20,000 nt of DNA from an uncultured virus (IMG/VR IMGVR_UViG_3300025674_000026) (taxonomy: Duplodnaviria; Heunggongvirae; Uroviricota; Caudoviricetes): IMG/VR virus record IMGVR_UViG_3300025674_000026. One strand, written 5' to 3'. Of this stretch, positions 17,563-20,000 are shown piece after piece. The stretch's first letter is position 1. Each line of letters begins with the position of its first letter. A model generated the notes under the pieces. It was not told the origin of the DNA, ran no database searches, and saw nothing but the letters and a program-made list of their open reading frames with translations. The translations under genes and the position numbers were made by a program.

Positions 17563-19836
17563 ATGGCAAAACCAAGTCTTGACGATCTGCTCAGTCAGGT
17601 TCGTAAAGAGCCTGGACCATCTGCTTCACAAGTAGCGGCAGAGAAAAAGAAGAAAGCCGCAAAGGAAGCACTTAAAAATGTTCCTGTAAATAAGAAGAGA
17701 CCTGTTCCTAATCAGGACTCTCAACAATTTGTCGATAAGACAAATAAAGAAATGAAAGCAGGACAAAAGGCAGATGCTGTTTCTGCAAAGAAAGAAAACC
17801 TTGCTGCTAAGATGGAGAGAAGAAAGAATCTCCAAAGAAAGAAAAAAGAATTAGAGAAAAAGAAGAGAGAGGGTGAACAGAGAAAGGCAAGAGTTAATAA
17901 CGCACTAGCACAAGCAACCAGTGGACCAAGAGCATCCAGTGGTTCTAGCATGGAAACTGGTGGTGCTTCTGCAGATAAAGCTGCAGTGCAGAGTGCAGGT
18001 CAAGCAATAAGCGGAGTCGCTAAAGCAGTGAGCGCAGCTACTGGCCTAGACAAAAAGATGGATAGAATGAGAAAGAATATTAGTAATAGACTCAGACCAG
18101 GCAGGAAGAAGGGTCTTGCCACAGGTGCTGCATCTACGGGTAGAAATAATATGAGACCAAAATCATCTAAACCAGCAGATCCCTGGAAGTCCAATAAACC
18201 AAAGGATCCTTGGAAGGAAGAGTTCTCTCATTGGAGAGAAGAGTTTATCTTTGAGGTAGACGACAAAGTTCCTACCAAGAAAGAGAAGACTGTCCAGCCT
18301 ATGTCTGGTAAGAATACTATCATCATTAATCCCGATTCTATGCAAGAATCAAAGAAAGATGATACGTATCTGGAAACAGATATGAAGAAGCGCAAGAAGA
18401 ATAATGAGAAGGCGATTGCTGACATGAAGAAAGTGAAGGATGATACTGTTCCTCGCTGGATGAGAGAGGATTCGGAGTTTTCCGATTGGAGATCCGAAAT
18501 TGATGAGGGTGTTGGAATGACCGTTGCGAAAGCAATTGATAAAACTAAACCACCCCTTGGACGTGCAAGTATTAGAAGAAGTGTCAGCAGTGCTCTCAAG
18601 ATGAGGGAAGTTGACAAAGAAACTAGAAGAAATAGAACAAGAAAATTCAGTGGTGTTGCTGCTTCTGAAAGAGCATCTAAAGCGGACAAATACGTCAGTC
18701 GTTCTTCCAGAACAACAGCAAAAGAAGAATTTGAGAATGTGGATGAAATCTACATGGTAACTCCTCCTAAGAAAGGAGACAAAAAGGATGCCAAGAAAAA
18801 AGAAACTTGGTATGATCGTGATGAGAGAAAAAGAAAAGAACGCAAAGAAGAAGTAGAGCATATTGAAGAAAAGTCTATCCAAATGCAACGCAGGGTAGAC
18901 AGATATCTCGGTAGAGACAAGGCAAAGGCTAAAGAACGTAAGGATAACGTAGGTAGAATCAGAAAGGGTAGAGAAGAGATTGCTAGTAGCATTGCTAGAC
19001 TTTCCAACTCTCCTGGCGGTGTTCCTGCTAGTGTCGCAAGACAAGCTGAGAAAGTGGGTGTGAGAAAAGATCACTTCAAGGGTGCTGCTAGGGCTGCTCT
19101 CAAGAATTCTTTTGAACCCGAAGGTGAGCAACTTGATGAAATGCCCTATCAAGTTTATGGTTCTCCCGATGGAAAGAAGGAGAAAAAGATTGGCAAACCT
19201 GTGAAGAGCAAGAAGTATGCTGACGCAAGAGCATCAGAACTTGCTGATACTCACAAGAAAACTGGTGGCAAGTATCGCTATGAGTATACTGAAGAGTTTG
19301 TTGATGAAGGTAAGAAAGGACTCTGGGACAACATCCATGCAAGACGCGAGGCTGGTAAACCCAAGAGAAAACCTGGTGATAAGAACTATCCCAAAACTTT
19401 AAATGTTGATGAAGGTGTAATGCCTGCAGCGATTGATCCTGCAAAACATAGAGCCGCACAGAAAGCAACCAAAATCAGAAACCTGATGAAGGGTGCTACA
19501 ACTGCTGGCGAAAAAGAAGCCGCAAGAAGAAAGACCAGAGGACCTTCTCTGGCAGGAGAACACTATGATTGGAGACAAGAACTTGGCGAAGGAGCAGCAT
19601 GGACCCGCAAAGCGGGAAAAAGTGAGTCGGGAGGACTCAATGAGAAAGGACGCAAGTCTTATGAGAGAGAAAACCCTGGAAGCGATCTTAAGGCTCCCTC
19701 AAAGGAACCTGGAAACAAAAGAAGATCCTCATTCTGCGCTAGAATGAAAGGTATGAAGAAGAAACTGACTTCTTCTAAGACCGCGAACGATCCTGACTCC
19801 AGAATCAATAAGTCCCTTAGAGCTTGGAACTGCTGA
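17563..19836 (+). CDS. Highly charged modular protein, putative virion-internal polyprotein, C-terminal DUF6321-like module
   Basis: 757 aa ORF; linkers WREEFIFE, WRSEIDE, EEFENVDE, EEVEHIEE, EQLDE, EEFVDE, LNVDE, WRQELGE; C-terminal AWTRK.GK...GGLNEKGR...SFCARM...LRAWNC. Confidence 0.7.
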   Translation: MAKPSLDDLLSQVRKEPGPSASQVAAEKKKKAAKEALKNVPVNKKRPVPNQDSQQFVDKTNKEMKAGQKADAVSAKKENLAAKMERRKNLQRKKKELEKKKREGEQRKARVNNALAQATSGPRASSGSSMETGGASADKAAVQSAGQAISGVAKAVSAATGLDKKMDRMRKNISNRLRPGRKKGLATGAASTGRNNMRPKSSKPADPWKSNKPKDPWKEEFSHWREEFIFEVDDKVPTKKEKTVQPMSGKNTIIINPDSMQESKKDDTYLETDMKKRKKNNEKAIADMKKVKDDTVPRWMREDSEFSDWRSEIDEGVGMTVAKAIDKTKPPLGRASIRRSVSSALKMREVDKETRRNRTRKFSGVAASERASKADKYVSRSSRTTAKEEFENVDEIYMVTPPKKGDKKDAKKKETWYDRDERKRKERKEEVEHIEEKSIQMQRRVDRYLGRDKAKAKERKDNVGRIRKGREEIASSIARLSNSPGGVPASVARQAEKVGVRKDHFKGAARAALKNSFEPEGEQLDEMPYQVYGSPDGKKEKKIGKPVKSKKYADARASELADTHKKTGGKYRYEYTEEFVDEGKKGLWDNIHARREAGKPKRKPGDKNYPKTLNVDEGVMPAAIDPAKHRAAQKATKIRNLMKGATTAGEKEAARRKTRGPSLAGEHYDWRQELGEGAAWTRKAGKSESGGLNEKGRKSYERENPGSDLKAPSKEPGNKRRSSFCARMKGMKKKLTSSKTANDPDSRINKSLRAWNC
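18169..18216 (+). repeat. Short in-frame tandem repeat KPxDPWK x2
   Basis: aaaccagcagatccctggaag / aaaccaaaggatccttggaag. Confidence 0.6.
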
Positions 19837-20000
19837 TGAAATCATTCAAACAGTTTCTATCAGAGAGTATCACCATCAATGGTGACTTCAATGGAACCCT
19901 CAATGTTGGGGGTTCTCAACCAGAACAACCACAAGAATCTTTCTTTGCTGATGTTGTCTGGGAAGGAAAGATGTATCGTCTAGAAGTAGAAGGTGCAATG
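19836..20000 (+). CDS. Partial protein with capsid-targeting-like N-terminus (runs off window)
   Basis: TGATG overlap; MKSFKQFLSESITINGDFNGTLNVGG...; open to window end. Confidence 0.75.
   Translation, partial: MKSFKQFLSESITINGDFNGTLNVGGSQPEQPQESFFADVVWEGKMYRLEVEGAM

Noticed and set aside
133..19747. Numerous minus-strand and alternate-frame ORFs (e.g. 6153-6830, 16870-17487, 18349-19152)
   Set aside because: They overlap well-supported + strand genes, and their F/L/S-rich composition mirrors the K/E-rich sense codons; no recognisable motifs
16210..19836. GAA-rich repeats as a CRISPR-like or tandem DNA array
   Set aside because: Repeats are degenerate, irregularly spaced, in frame and vary at codon level, consistent with protein-level motifs
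1..20000. tRNA, rRNA, integrase or transposase
   Set aside because: No cloverleaf or mobile-element signatures seen; intergenic gaps are short and explained by terminators and promoters

Overview
This window is part of a T4-like myovirus genome, most likely a marine cyanophage. All supported genes are on the + strand and many are coupled by ATGA/TGATG overlaps. Positions 1-13.2 kb hold the core replication module: gp44, gp62, regA, hsp20, gp43, uvsX, gp41 and mazG. Accessory genes sit between them: a DUF4338/DruA-like protein, three Sm-fold-like paralogues, a cytidylyltransferase and three 2OG-Fe(II) oxygenases. From 13.2 kb a late-expressed block begins, marked by NATAAATA boxes at 13192, 14317 and 16168. 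It encodes a PD-(D/E)XK-like protein, a nucleotidyltransferase with a T4-like capsid-targeting N-terminus (MKSFSQFLSE), a fourth oxygenase, two large polyprotein-like ORFs and a truncated ORF with the same kind of N-terminus (MKSFKQFLSE). The two large ORFs consist of basic modules separated by recurring acidic linkers ending in (V/I/L/F)-x-E, which look like prohead-protease sites. The best candidate for an undescribed system is a capsid-packaged, protease-processed peptide cargo array. Two regulatory candidates are a ROSE-like RNA thermometer before hsp20 and a hairpin overlapping a late promoter that may gate the 13221 gene. All calls come from motif recognition; no database searches were run.
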